Below are positions 38,891 to 52,534 of a stretch of DNA of 64,000 bases, one piece after another (the stretch's first letter is position 1; every line of letters starts with the position of its first letter). Where the stretch lies: contig NC_043004.1 of NCBI RefSeq assembly GCF_006345805.1, positions 86,056,001-86,120,000 of the forward strand, read 5' to 3'. Source of the DNA: Octopus sinensis. Lineage: Eukaryota. The notes under the pieces are model-generated. The model saw only the letters and a list, made by a program, of their open reading frames with translations, was not told the DNA's origin and did not search any database. The translations under genes and the position numbers were made by a program.

Positions 38891-39106
38891 ATATGTTTGT
38901 GTGTCTGTGTTTGTCCCCCAACATCGCTTGACAACCGATGCTGGTGTGTTTAGGTCCCCGTAACTTAGCGGTTCGGCAAAAGAGACCGATAGAATAAGTA
39001 CAAGGCTTACATGGAATAAGTCCTGGGGTTGATTTGCTCGACTAAAGGCGGTGCTTCAGCATGGCCACAGTCAAATGACTGAAACAAGAAAAAGAGTAAA
39101 AGAAAG
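38390..39106 (+). mobile_element. SINE A, full length, with a nested element
   Basis: Head 38390-38552, tail 38895-39106. Confidence 0.88.
38662..38837 (+). mobile_element. 5'-truncated retroposon family F with (GAT)n tail
   Basis: GGCACGTAAAAGCACC...GCGTTAGGAAGGGCATCCAGCTGTAGAAA...CCATGCTAGCATGG...AAATGATGATGAT. Confidence 0.7.
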
Positions 39107-39715
39107 AGGCACGAATCTCAACAATCAGCCGACGTCGATTGAAAAAGGGACTACATCTATACGAAGTCATCCTTATTCTAGAAAGTCATTTCAGTGACGG
39201 TTATTTACTTTGATTTAAGCGTAGTGTATCTAGGACTACATAGTCCAATGCTTCCTTTCTTAGTATAAACAATTGAAGAGCGGATGAGCGAGAGAGCTAT
39301 AGTGATATATAGGATTTGTATCTTGTTGGCCGTGTGGCCACCTACCATAGCCTTCCTCATTAGTCGGGAAAATATACGGCAAAACATATTTTCTTATAAT
39401 GTCAGGTACTAGAGCCTATCCGGTTTTTATTTATATTTCGTCCATACTATCATTGATAAAGATAATTACTTTATATTTATTTAGTGATTTTGCATATATT
39501 TTCTACATAGGTGCAGGCATGGTTGCAGGGGTTAAACAGTTCACTTCGCAATCATGTCGTTTTGGGTTTAGTCCAAGTGCGCAACACATTGTCTAGTCTC
39601 TTCTACTAGTGTCTCGGGATGATCAATACTTTGCTATTGACCTGGTAGATAGGATCTCCCTGGAAGCCCTTTGTATATGAGCACACACATACACACACAC
39701 ACACACACATACACA

Positions 39716-39752
<37 letters not shown>

Positions 39753-39755
39753 ACA

Positions 39756-39792
<37 letters not shown>

Positions 39793-39824
39793 CACAAAAC
39801 ACATATATATATATATACATATAT

Positions 39825-39968
39825 ACTACGGGCTTTTTTCAGTTTCCGTCTACCAAATCCACTCACAAGGCTAGAAGACACTTGCCCAAGGTTCTACGCA
39901 GTGGGACTGGACCCGGCACCATATTTGTTGGTAAGCAAGCTACTTACCACACAGCCACTCCTGCGCCT
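39825..39968 (-). mobile_element. SINE A head, flanked by degenerate + strand A pieces (about 39508-39675 and 39970-40155)
   Basis: CCACACAGCCACTCCTGCGCC. Confidence 0.8.
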
Positions 39969-40925
39969 TTGTTTGCTCATGTTTCCGTAACTTGGCAGTT
40001 TGGAGAAAGAAATCCAAGAAATAAGTACCAAACTTCCTCATTTCCTGCCATCAAAAAACAAACAAAGATCTTAAGTACCGGGGCAATTCGTTCGACTAAA
40101 CCCCTGAAGTCGGTGACCCAGCATGGCCGCAGTCTAATGCTTAAAATATGTAAATGTAATTAAAGACGCAAATACTTATTTCATATTGATATTAATAATA
40201 ATTGTTATTTTTACAAATTTTAACATTAATTTCTCTTATTTTTGCATTTCTCCTTGTTATATTGATTTGGATTTTTCTTCAAATCCGGATATTTGCATTC
40301 AAATTGTTTGCAAAGTGTTAGATTTTTATTTCCCTCTCTGTCTTTCTCTTTCCTTAATTACTAAGTGTATCTTCTGGCCTAACTAATCAACCATGAAATA
40401 GAATTGGCAATTTCCTTTCAACTCACACAAATCTGTCCTGCTGCTAAGGCAGCGTAATAATTCAAATTACATTTGAACTGATTGTATTTCAGCCGTTGAT
40501 TGATTACCAGAGAAAAAGACTAGGCGTGCCTTTAAAACACTCATTTCAACTTGACCCAACATTTGTACTTTATTCAACTGTCATGACACTCTATTAAATA
40601 TCTCAAACCAGCTACTAGCACATCAAATACCACACTCTCCTCTCACACCGACTCGCACATACTCACACTCACACCTACATGTACCCACACACATACACAC
40701 ATATATACGCAGAGGCAGTACCTTTAACGCTACTGAAATCTGCTTTAAGTTTTACTGATAAAACATTTATTGCCACTGATCATACCCAACTTTTCATATT
40801 TCATATATATATATATATATATATGGTTATATATTGCATGTGTTGCATGTGTGTGTGCATGCGTGCATGCGTGTGTGTTGTGTGCGTGTGTGTATGTATA
40901 TATATTATATATACATATATATGTA

Positions 40926-40961
<36 letters not shown>

Positions 40962-40981
40962 GATACATTAGAAATATACAC

Positions 40982-41040
<59 letters not shown>

Positions 41041-41055
41041 TATTAATAGATAATA

Positions 41056-41426
41056 GAACACTCAGAGAGCACAAACGTTCGTTAGGGCAACACCAATGTC
41101 CGCTCAACGATTGGCCGGAGATGATTATGAAAATGAGAATATCTGAAATAAACTCGACTGCTCTCACAGACGAAAATAGTAAAAATGAACCCAATTAAGT
41201 AAAAAAAAAAAAGAGAAAAAAAAAGAAAAAGAATCCAGAATCTTTCTCCGGTATGAAATCGATCCAAAATCTAATCAGTTCGTGCAAGTCACGAGGCCAA
41301 ACATTCCTGAAAGTTTCATTCGAATCGATCCAGCAGTTCTTGAGATGTCTTGTCCACGGACAAACAAACTAACAAGCAAGCACGACTGAAAACAATACCC
41401 CCGCCTTCGCTAAAGGGGAAGTAATA
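41056..41426 (-). mobile_element. Non-autonomous Helentron-associated (DINE-1/HINE-like) element
   Basis: Minus strand TTATTACTTCCCCTTTAGCGAAGGCGGGGGTA terminal stem-loop, then (GTTT/GCTT)n and GTCCGTGGACAAGACATCTCAAGAACT, the DINE-1-type architecture. Confidence 0.55.
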
Positions 41427-41777
41427 ATAATATAAGCTGTTAGCAAAACATAAAATAAGCAAAAAGGTAAAATTATTAATTTTACAAGATAGTCCACAAT
41501 ATTACCAGAAATTAGAGTCCATACGGCTCAAGAGCCGCAGTGAATGTTTTTCGTTCAGCGTGCAAATCAGTAGGTCCCGCGGACCGTACTTTGCCCATAC
41601 CTTATCTAAAGAATATTGCAGAACAAAAACCAAATCGACGGTGATTCGAACTCTGTGGATCATGGAGTTCAATGTGAATCCGGGCTTACTGGGCGTCAAA
41701 ACCCCACCGCTGTAACCACCACCACCACCACCACCACCACCACCACCACCAACACCACCACCACCACCACCACCACC

Positions 41778-41824
<47 letters not shown>

Positions 41825-41829
41825 AACAA

Positions 41830-42050
41830 TGCCGACGATAAGTAGCCCTATCCAATGGGAGTGGACTATGCTTACCTGGTCGATCGATATGCGACAGAAA
41901 TGACAGTAAAATCTCCCTCAAGATACACGCGGTCATAAAGAAACTATATATCTCATACACAACATGTCAGAATGATTTTGGTGACGGATGGACCGTCTCT
42001 GATCGATGTGATTTAACCCCGAGGCTAAAACACGACGTCGAGAACAACAG
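41830..42050 (+). mobile_element. Old dispersed repeat family E
   Basis: ...AGAAAT(AG)CAG(CC)AAATCTCCCTCAA..ACAC...; related pieces at about 3860-4060, 28110-28270 (-), 34330-34450 (-), 47040-47110 and 56590-56790. Confidence 0.55.
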
Positions 42051-42450
42051 CCGACACCTCGACCACCGCCACCACCACCACCACCACCACCACTACTACC
42101 ACCACCACCACCACCACCACCACCTCATTGTAAACAAAATATATCTGTAAACTACAACCAAAATATCATTATTCTATATCACACTCATAGATTTATCAGT
42201 AAAATTACATCGTTACACCACTGGGATGAGAGCCACGCATCGTATATAAACACCATCTATCATCGCATATAAAATATACATCACCGGATCTCTCTAACTC
42301 GGCTACTGATAATACGGTAGCTATCATTCATATCATGCTATTAATATTGTTATCAATATTGCCAACGATAACAGCAATGTGTTTTCTCTGTACACGAGCA
42401 AACTTATAATGGAAATGAGAAACATCGCAGGACGATTATCAGGCAATTAC

Positions 42451-42493
<43 letters not shown>

Positions 42494-42524
42494 ACACACA
42501 CATATACATACATACATACATACA

Positions 42525-42560
<36 letters not shown>

Positions 42561-42710
42561 TGCATAGGTATCGTGTGTGTGTTTGTGCGTGTGAGGTGAG
42601 TATATATATCTATGTATATATATATACATAGATTATATATATATATTATATATATGTATATATATATATATATTATATATATATATTATATATATATATA
42701 TATATACATA

Positions 42711-42757
<47 letters not shown>

Positions 42758-42761
42758 TATT

Positions 42762-42799
<38 letters not shown>

Positions 42800-42849
42800 T
42801 ATTTTTATATATATATATATATATATAAATATATATATATATATTATAT

Positions 42850-42891
<42 letters not shown>

Positions 42892-43317
42892 TTATCTTAT
42901 GTTTATATATGTATGTAAATATGTACGTATGAGTGTATATAGTAATATATAGGCATCTATATATATATATGTGCCTGCAATAACACGTATATGTATGCGA
43001 ATACACGCCCGTATATTTACCTATGTATTCAAAAATAAACTACAACACAATAACAGACGCCATACATATACATGAATAGATACACGCACACATATGAATG
43101 GATGAACATGTCTGCGTATACATGTTTATGTATGTCCCTGTGTTTACGCCTTCTTTCGTATCCTACGACATCCACACACACACACACACACACGCGCGCA
43201 TACACACACCGATATTTATTACTTGTAGTCAAGTTATATTATATATTCTAACGTTATCTTATTACCTACGAAAAAAGCGCCTCAAAACCAAGGAGGAAGA
43301 AACCATCAAGAGTGACG

Positions 43318-43322
43318 ATAAC

Positions 43323-43368
<46 letters not shown>

Positions 43369-43414
43369 GTAATAACAACAACAACAACAACAACAACATA
43401 ATAATATAATAATA

Positions 43415-43449
<35 letters not shown>

Positions 43450-43489
43450 TTTATAATAATAATAATAATAACAACAATAATAAAAATAA

Positions 43490-43520
<31 letters not shown>

Positions 43521-43950
43521 TAATAAATAATAATAATAATAATAAAATAATATAATAAGAAAGAAGAAGAAGAAGAAGAAGAAGAAGAAGAAGAAGAAGA
43601 ATGAGGAGAAAGTCATTATTACGACCACTGCTATGGCGGACATCCATACTTCCGTCATTATGTGCAAATCTGTAAATATAAACAGTATTTTCCAGCCAGC
43701 AAAAACGCATCGATCAAGTCACCAACTCGCCGACCAACCAATATACAAATATCCGCATTCGTAATAATATAATAATAATAATAATAATAAAATAATAAGA
43801 ATAATAATATAATAATAATAATAATAATAATTATATAATAATAATAACTAATAATAATAGAATAATAATAATAATAATAGAAATAATAATATAATACTAA
43901 TAATAAATCATAAAATAAGGATATAATATAATAATAATAATAATAATAAT

Positions 43951-43991
<41 letters not shown>

Positions 43992-44012
43992 AACAATAAT
44001 AATAATAATAAA
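43318..44012. repeat. (AAT)n/(AAC)n/(GAA)n compound microsatellite with a unique island at 43600-43762
   Basis: Direct. Confidence 0.93.
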
Positions 44013-44291
44013 GAAAAAGAATGAAAACTCCTTTTACTCCCGTTAAATCAACACTCTCTCTCCCTCCCCTCTCTCACTATCTATCTTATTATCTATCTAC
44101 CTCTATCTCTTATATATGCGCTCGTGTGTGTGAGTCAGTGAGTGTGTGAGTGTGTGTGTGTGTGTGAGTGTATGTGTATCTATAGAAACTATGTATGTAT
44201 GTCTAATGTATATGCACAACCACACACACACACATTTAAGAGTATGTATGTATAAATATCTGAATATCTATACCTATATGTTTGTTATATA

Positions 44292-44357
<66 letters not shown>

Positions 44358-44427
44358 GACATATATATATATATAATGTATATATATATATATATACAAA
44401 TATATATAATGTATATATATATATAGG

Positions 44428-44475
<48 letters not shown>

Positions 44476-44541
44476 TGTGTATATATAGTCATGGCCGCAT
44501 CAAATGATTGAAACGAGAAAAAGAGTAAGAAAATGAAAGAA

Positions 44542-44610
<69 letters not shown>

Positions 44611-45192
44611 CTGTGTATATACATGTACATACGTGTGCGTTTCTGTGTGCGTATAGAATATTTGTACATATGCCTATTATGTATGAACCACGTACTCACA
44701 CACACACACACACACACACATACACACATACACACACACACACATAAGAACTTACGTCTGTATAAATATGTGTTTGCCTTTGTGTTTGTGTATATATGCA
44801 TGTAGATATGCGTGCGTGTATGCACTGTCCAAACCATTCCAGTGTAATCGATTCGAAGAAAGGAAATGAAGATATTTTTACTCGATTAAACTAAAGATTT
44901 TTGTATATCAACAATAAATAAACTCAGCGATGATGATTCCAAAAAAAAAAAAAAAAAAAAATAGAATTGGTAGTTATCGATGCCAACGGATGATTATTTA
45001 AAAATAGAAGAGGATAGGATATCTAACGCATTTTTGTGTTAACTAGTAAAGTTAGTACAGGAGTTAGAAGGATGGCTGTCTGGTGAAGAGTTTACCTTCG
45101 CATACACATTGATCCTCGTTTATTACGAGGCTTTCGCTCCAAATGAATACAGTAATGAATAAAGCAGCGATAAGTGAATCATCTCCACGCAG

Positions 45193-45321
45193 TTTGTAAA
45201 TGGAATGATTGATAGATCCATGGACACCAAACATACGACCCACAACAGCAATGCTTCCATCGTCACGTATTTTCTTGATCAGTTCTACCTTTTTCTGTAG
45301 AGTATACGTTTATCTGGATTT
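45193..45321 (-). pseudogene. pogo/Tigger transposase N-terminal HTH (psq/CENP-B type) remnant
   Basis: KSR*TYTLQKKVELIKKIRDDGSIAVVGRMFGVHGSINHSIYK. Confidence 0.55.
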
Positions 45322-45393
45322 GCTTGTTAAGATCAGACCCCTTCGTAACATTATTTTGTTAACTGGTCCCCTGTTAAGGTGTACAAGTACATT

Positions 45394-45783
45394 GGTGGGA
45401 TGGAAGCACTCCGTCGGTTACGACGATGAGGGTTCCGGTTGATCCGAATCAACGGAACAGCCTGCTCATGAATTTAACGTGTAAGTGGCTGATCACTCCA
45501 CAGACACGTGCACCCATAACGTAGTTCTCGGGGATATTCAGCGTGACACAGAGAGTGACAAGGCCGACCCTTGAATACAGGTACAACAGAAACAGGAAGT
45601 AAGAGTGAGAGAAAGTTGTGTGGTGAAAGAGTACAGCAGGGATCACCACCATTCCCTGCCGGAGCCTCGTGGAGCTTTTAGGTGTTTTCGCTCAATAACC
45701 ACTCAACGCCGGTCTGGGAATCGAAACCGCGATCCTATGACCGCGAGTCCGCTGCCCTAACCACTGGGCCATTGCGCCTCCAC
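45394..45783 (-). mobile_element. SINE head C with tail T1, full length, 12-bp TSD
   Basis: TACAAGTACATT at 45382-45393 and 45784-45795. Confidence 0.92.
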
Positions 45784-46447
45784 TACAAGTACATTAATCC
45801 ATATAAGAAACACTCAGCCTCGTAGCACGTTCATATAAACACAAGCAATAGTCAGTTAGCTCTTGTCAGCTGAGCATTGTGAATTGTGGATGGGAAGCGT
45901 CTACAAGCAATATCTTCCATTAATTAGGAGTTAACCCGTGTTATCAAATACCGATCTCTGATAAACGGAACTTCGTTCGCAGTTGAGTGTATTGTGTTAT
46001 CGCGGATCAGTGAAGAATGTATCAATGATAAACAAGGCTACATGAACATTTTCTGTTATCTTTTATTTGTTTCACTGACTGGACTGCGGTCGTGCTGGAA
46101 CATTTTCTGAAAATGGATCATAGCCTCTACAGAAAGTCAATTATTTATATCTGCTTTTTGTTTTATTTTCTTAATTTTTGGCTTGATCTCTTTACGTGAT
46201 GACATGAACATTTATCTCCTGTGATAGCATCGGGTTGAATAAAGAGCTTTTGAGTAAAATTTGGTTGAGGAAGACTTTCTGAAAGACTTTTGTGTCCACA
46301 TGTATCTTGTATCTTTTAATAGGTTTAATTCATCGCTCGGGTCAATACGACATTTTATCCCAGAGTGTTTTTAAAGAACCCACTTCTGTTTATATTATTT
46401 ACATTATTTACAATTGACGGATATTTGCCTTCATCTTGTTTCTTGTT

Positions 46448-46493
46448 AACACAACGTTTCGGCTGATATACCCTCCAGTCTTCATCAGGTCTC
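46448..46493 (-). ncRNA. Minimal type-I hammerhead motif (canonical core) inside a short repeat at about 46395-46545
   Basis: GAGAC-CUGAUGA-A-GACUG(GAGGGUAUAU)CAGCC-GAAA-C-GUU-GUGUU. Confidence 0.65.
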
Positions 46494-46540
46494 TTGGGGA
46501 AATTTCGAACCTGGGTTCTCATTCCTAAAGTATTTTTCGA

Positions 46541-46570
<30 letters not shown>

Positions 46571-46574
<4 letters not shown>

Positions 46575-46744
46575 TAGTTTTATTTTTATAGCGTGCTTTC
46601 ACTTCAATACCGAGCGCAGCTCTGTGTGCCTTGGGTATGTGCTGTGATTTGTTGTGATGCTCTGATGGTTATTGTATGGAAAGTGTTCTGCGTAGGATGT
46701 GTGCAGTGCCTAGTAGTGCAATTTTCTGTATGTTATATGTGTTT

Positions 46745-46746
<2 letters not shown>
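46571..46746 (-). mobile_element. 3' end of the same Dong family as 10889-11772, in (TAA)n
   Basis: Reverse complement matches 11597-11772; (TTA)n on both sides. Confidence 0.9.
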
Positions 46747-46802
<56 letters not shown>

Positions 46803-46803
<1 letters not shown>

Positions 46804-46872
46804 CGCTGTGGTTAAGAGCGCGAGTTACTAACTCCGAGATTCCGAGTTCGATTCTAGGCAGCGACCTGAATA
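46803..46872 (+). mobile_element. Isolated tRNA-derived head
   Basis: GTGGTTAAGAGCGCGAGTTACTAACTC...GAGTTCGATTCT...GACCTGAATA then (CTA)/(AAT)n. Confidence 0.6.
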
Positions 46873-46888
46873 CTACTACTACTACTAT

Positions 46889-46929
<41 letters not shown>

Positions 46930-46979
46930 ATAATAATAATAATAATAATATAATAATAATAATAATAATAGTAGTAGTA

Positions 46980-47042
<63 letters not shown>

Positions 47043-48352
47043 TGGATGGTCATAGCCGAAATAGCTTTGATCATATGCGTTCTCGAAAACAGTTATCCTG
47101 GAGATAAACTAGAAATATAATTGAGCGACCTATTGGAAAATAAAAGTCAAATTGCCATAGAAACACTAAAGTGAAAACCATTTCCTTTTTCACTTTTATG
47201 CACAGAATTAAACCTCAGAATCGAAAGTTACTTTCTCTAAAATTTAATAATTTGATGAGAGAAATCCAATAACAGATTTAGTTCCATTATGTTGGATGTT
47301 CCTGTTACCATTTCCCATTCGTCTGTTGTATCTGCATATCGATCACAGCATATCTCTTTCCTCTATTGCCATGACTGACGTATAACTGTGCTCTTCTGTT
47401 TGTGCCTGTGTCCATGAATATATATATGTAGTATATATAAATCACAGTATGTGTGTATAATGGCTAACGCATACATTTCCACAATTCTCAACCGATTTTC
47501 ACCAAATTTACACACGCATTACTTGCAGTATAACATTTTCTCCAGGCGTCTCGAGTACATGGACGTAAAGGACATAGTTTTTTCAGTATGTATGGTCTTC
47601 CATACTTTTTAATCTTTTTATAAAAGTGAAAGGATTTTCTCTGTTTATGCCCGCGACGCTGATTAAATTGACTTGGAACACTGTAAACGATGAATATCCA
47701 ATAACAAACAATCTTAATCTCCATATTTAAACTGCATTAAACTTTGGAAAGCTTACTTTTACCTATTCTGAGTTATTTGAAAGGGAATGTTCTTATCCTT
47801 CTCTTTGTTTGATACATTTATTTACCTACGAATGCATTGTTTCTCTTTAAGGATGTTTATTTACCCATCCATTATTGTATTTCGACTGTTGTCTATTGTT
47901 TCAAATACGTTTTAGCATTGTCATTCTAGCCTTTTTGAAACGATCAAATATGATTCGTTCCACACAATCAACCTTTAAATAAGAGTTTTGCTTCCACTAG
48001 CGAAAGCTATACGTATCTTTCAGAAAAAGCTCCATATCAATTTAACTTTATTTGTTATTCGCTGTTAATTTATGCGAGGGCTATGTGGGAAAACAGAATA
48101 AAGGAGCTTTTGCTGGCTTATCTTTTCGAAAATATAGCTCCCTTTGCTGTTGAATAAAATAAACTCAAGGGAGGAAGTTTCAACGTCTTAGTTCAATTTC
48201 CTTACACCATTTCTGTGGCTGTTGGTGATAAGAAATTTCGCTTTCATGTAAAGCGACTATATTTTGTAGACATTACTCGTAATCTAATCTCAAAACACTT
48301 CAGTAGCTCCACTCTTCATCGCTTGCAAACTTACCACTAAAGCAAGCAATAA

Positions 48353-48401
<49 letters not shown>

Positions 48402-48479
48402 ATATCTGTGTATGAGGGTGGGGTCTCTCTGTGTGTGTCTGTCTGTCTAGTGTCTATTGTGGTCTTACAAATGTTTCGT

Positions 48480-48765
48480 CTAAAGCTTTGTGAGTGAATT
48501 TGGTGGACGGAAACTGAAAGAAGCCCGTCGTGTATGGATGTATGTATTCATGTGTATGAGTCTCTTTGTATCTGTGTTTGCACTCCAGCCCGCCATCGCT
48601 TAACAACCGATGCTGGCGTTCATGTCTCCGTGACTTAGCGGTTCGGCAACAGAAAACGATAGTATAAGTTGTAGACGTAAGAAAAAAGAAGTCTTAGAGT
48701 CGATTTGTTCGACTAAAACCCTTCAAGGCGTTGACCGACCATGGCCGAAGGCAAATGACCAAAAC
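48480..48765 (+). mobile_element. Degenerate SINE A, 3' part, followed by an AC-rich tract to about 49285
   Basis: GGAAACTGAAAGAAGCCCGTCG...CTTAGCGGTTCGGCAA. Confidence 0.8.
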
Positions 48766-49839
48766 TCACACACACACACACGCACACGCACACACAAATA
48801 CACACGCACAAACAAACATACACAAACACACACACACAGACACACACACACACACACACACACAAACATACACAAACACACACACACAGACACACACACA
48901 CCACACACACACACAAACATACACAAACACACACAGCAACACACACACTAACACAAACACGCACTAACACAGGCACAATAGACACAGACATAATACACAC
49001 ATACACTAACACACACACAAACACACACACACAAAAACACACACACTAACACACACAAACACACACAGAAAACACACACAAACACACGCACACTAACACA
49101 TTCGCAAACACACACACATACACAAGACACACACATTAACACACAACGCGCACACACACACACACACAAACACCCACACTAGCGCACTTGCAAACACACA
49201 CTCACAAACACACACACACATCCACACACACACAAGCACACACGCACACATACACATTAACACACGTGCACAAACACACACATATACGTTTTTCTCTGTC
49301 CGGTAGCAGTGAAAGTGCAAGGCTTTTTAGAAACCCCGTGATCAAAGGCCAGTGTTACATTTGAATACCAATCTAAGTCGAACAAAATTTCAAAATAAAA
49401 TTCATGCATGACAAAAAACTAAAATGAAAGACAAAAAAAAAAACCCAACAAAAATCTATCTCCTTCCCAAAATAAAAAGGTGTGTTCGACTTTATTCGTT
49501 GCACCAACAAAGTTTTCAAGCCCTACCCTCTGTCAAGTTTGTTGATTACAACACCTGGGCCTTGCCGCTCCCTGCTCTTGTTTACAACTACTGTTCCTAT
49601 GACCACCACCACGACTATTATCTCTGTTAGCTCCAACACCGTCAGTCGTTGCAACGTCATTATCACCTATGACACCACAGCCATCACCACCACCACCACC
49701 ACCTCCACCACCTGTACCGCACCGTCGCCAAGACGACCACCGCTATCGTTAACCAGTCCCACTGCGATTATCATCATCATCACTATCACGATGATCGCCT
49801 ATATCGGCGTCATCAGAAACACCACCACCACCACCATCA

Positions 49840-50200
49840 CCCCAAAAGGATGAAAGGCCAAGTCGACCTCGGCGGAATTTGAACTCACAACGTAACGCAG
49901 ACGAAATACCGCTAAGCATTTCGCCCGGCGTGCTAACGATTCTGCCAGCTAGCCACCTTAAAAACGAAATACCTATTTCTTTACTACCCACTAGGGGCTA
50001 AACATAGAGGGGACAAACAAGGACAGACATAGGTATTAAGTCGATTACATCGACCCCCTTGCGTAACTGGTACTTAATTTATCGACCTCAAAAGGATGAA
50101 AGGCAAAGTCGACCTCGGAAGAATTTGAACTCAGAACGTAATGACAGACGAATATCGCTAAGCATTTCGCTCGGCGTGCTAACGTTTCTGCTAGCTTGCG
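49840..50200 (-). mobile_element. Tandem SINE B copies
   Basis: Full copy about 50200-49972 followed by GGTATTTCG and a second head 49960-49840. Confidence 0.85.
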
Positions 50201-50474
50201 GTATTTAAGAATCACACCATACGCTCTGAGTTCGATTTCGGTCGACGTGAAGTTTGTATTTTGCTCTCGTGGGGAACGGGCAGTAAACTACAATATGAAA
50301 TTACTGGTTTCCTTAAGATGACTTACTCGACCGATTAACCCCCACACACACACACTCACACACGTGCGAATTCCTTACCTTGGGTTCTTGGTAGACACGG
50401 TTGCGGGTCACACCGTTTCTTCCAGCCAACCGTCTGTCTGTATGTCTGTGTGTCATACAAATATGAGTATGTGT

Positions 50475-51015
50475 GTTATGGTTGCTGATGCTGAAAGTGG
50501 TGGTAACGGATGATGACGAGGGTGATGATAATGATGATGGTGATGATGTTGATGATGGTGATAGCGAGGTGATGGTGGTCGTGGTGATGACGACGACGAT
50601 GATGATAATGATTATGATGGGGAAGATGATGATGATGATGAAGATGGTGGTGATAATGGGGCGGCGGCGGAAGATGATGATGATGATGATTGCGGTGGTG
50701 GTGGTGATGGTGATGATAACGATGATGATAATGCGGAGGAGGAGGAAGAGGAGGCAGAGGAGTTAGATGTCGATGTTGACAGTTATGTTGATGTTTAGGA
50801 TAGTAGGGTGGCGGTGAAGAGGGGGATGAAGCTGAATGTGTTGGTGGTAGTGGTGGTGGGGTGGGGGGTTATAAACACCATGACGACTATGGTGTCGACC
50901 ATGCTTATTGTAGTAGTAGTGATGGTAGTGACTGATGACGACGTCAATGGTGACGATCATGATAATGACGATGACGATGATGACGATGATGACGATGATG
51001 GTGACGGTGATTATA
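50475..51015. repeat. Degenerate (GAT/GGT)n tract
   Basis: Direct. Confidence 0.85.
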
Positions 51016-51435
51016 CAGAAGCTGTTGATGACTCATGGCCTTTCTCTATTACGGTCATCACCGTCTGATTTTGTCACCTCATCATGCACCCCCACCTGCC
51101 ACCCCCGCACTTTCTTTTCTTCTTCTCCCAAGACTCCCTAACCCAACCCTTAAACTATTTTTTTATTCCTCCATTATTTATACTTTTCTGGGCAGTCACT
51201 GATATCTTGTGTGGATTGGTTGCCTGGTTGGCAAATGGTTATCTAGGTGGGTGAGTAGTTGCGTTGGTTGGGTGGAAGCGGGGTAGATAATGAGATCATT
51301 GCACCCTTTGACCACAGCCGATCCTTTTTTAAAAAACTTTTTAAAGTTATTTCTTTAAACTTTCAAAAGAAATTATAACCAACACCGAAAGTCATGACTG
51401 GCTGCAATTTCTAAAGAAATAACACTTCTATACTA

Positions 51436-51638
51436 TTTTACTCTTTTACTTGTTTCAGTCATATGACTGTGGCCATGCTGGAGCACCGCCTTTAGTCGAG
51501 CAAATCGACGCCCAGGACTGATTTTTTGTAAGCCTAGTACTTATTCTATTGGTCTCTTTTGCCGAACCGCTAGGTTACGGGGACGTAAACACACTAGCAT
51601 CGGTTGTCAAGTGCTGTTGGGGGGACAAACACAGACAC

Positions 51639-51677
<39 letters not shown>

Positions 51678-51860
51678 AACACAAACACACATATATACAT
51701 ATACGACGGGCTTCTTTCAGTCTCCGTCTACCAAATCCACTCAGAAGGCTTTGGTCTGCCCGAGGCTATAGTAGAAGACACTTGCCACGCAGTGGAACTG
51801 AACCGGGAACCATGTGGTTCGTAAGCAAGCTACTTACCATACAGCCACTCCTACGCCTAT
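51436..51860 (-). mobile_element. SINE A, full length
   Basis: Head and tail match the other copies. Confidence 0.9.
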
Positions 51861-51994
51861 AGAATAACATTTCATCGTAGCGCTAAGAGTTGGGGCATAA
51901 TATTGACTTATAAGATTTTAATGCCCATGGTCATATAATATAGTTGCATAACGAAATGCGGTGATCAAGCCAGTAATTAGTATATCTGCACAAT

Positions 51995-52396
51995 AAGGCG
52001 GCGAGCTGGCAGAATCGTTAGCACGCCAGGCGAAATGCTTAGCGGTATTTCATCTCTCTTTATGTTCTGAGTTCAAATTCTGCCGAGGTTGACTTTGCCT
52101 TTCATCGTTTCGGGGTCGATAAATTAAGTACCAGTTACGCACTGGGGTCGATGTAATCGACTTAATCCATTTGTCTGTCCTTGTTTGTCCTCTCTGTGTT
52201 TATCTCCTTGTGGGTAGTAATGAAATAGGTATTTCATCTCTCTTTGTGTTCTGAGTTCAAATTCTGCCGAGGTCGACTTTGCTTTTCATCCTTTCGAGGT
52301 GGATAAATTAAGTACCAGTTGCGTACTGGGGTCGATCTAATCGATTGGTCCCTCCCCCCAAATTTCAGGCCCTGTGTCTAGAGTAGATAAGAATTA
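51995..52396 (+). mobile_element. SINE B dimer with two different tails
   Basis: GGTATTTCATCTCTCTTT at about 52044 and 52228; first unit ends CCTTGTGGGTAGTAATGAAATA, second ends CCCTGTGTCTAGAGTAGATAAGAA. Confidence 0.85.
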
Positions 52397-52534
52397 TGTT
52401 TAATGCTGTAGCAAATCTTCACACCAGCAGTCTGGTCTGAGAAATACCTTCTCTTTGCTTTTCATCCTTTCGGGATCGATAATTTAAGTACCAGTTACGC
52501 ACTGGGGTCGATGTAATCGACTTAGTACTCCATC

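Noticed and set aside
47950-48270. Possible Helitron N-terminal remnant on the minus strand (ALH..E, KLPPL, AFAS)
   Set aside because: Motifs too short and scattered to support without a search
51291-51301. bantam-like TGAGATCATTG
   Set aside because: Only the 5' 11 nt match and there is no precursor hairpin
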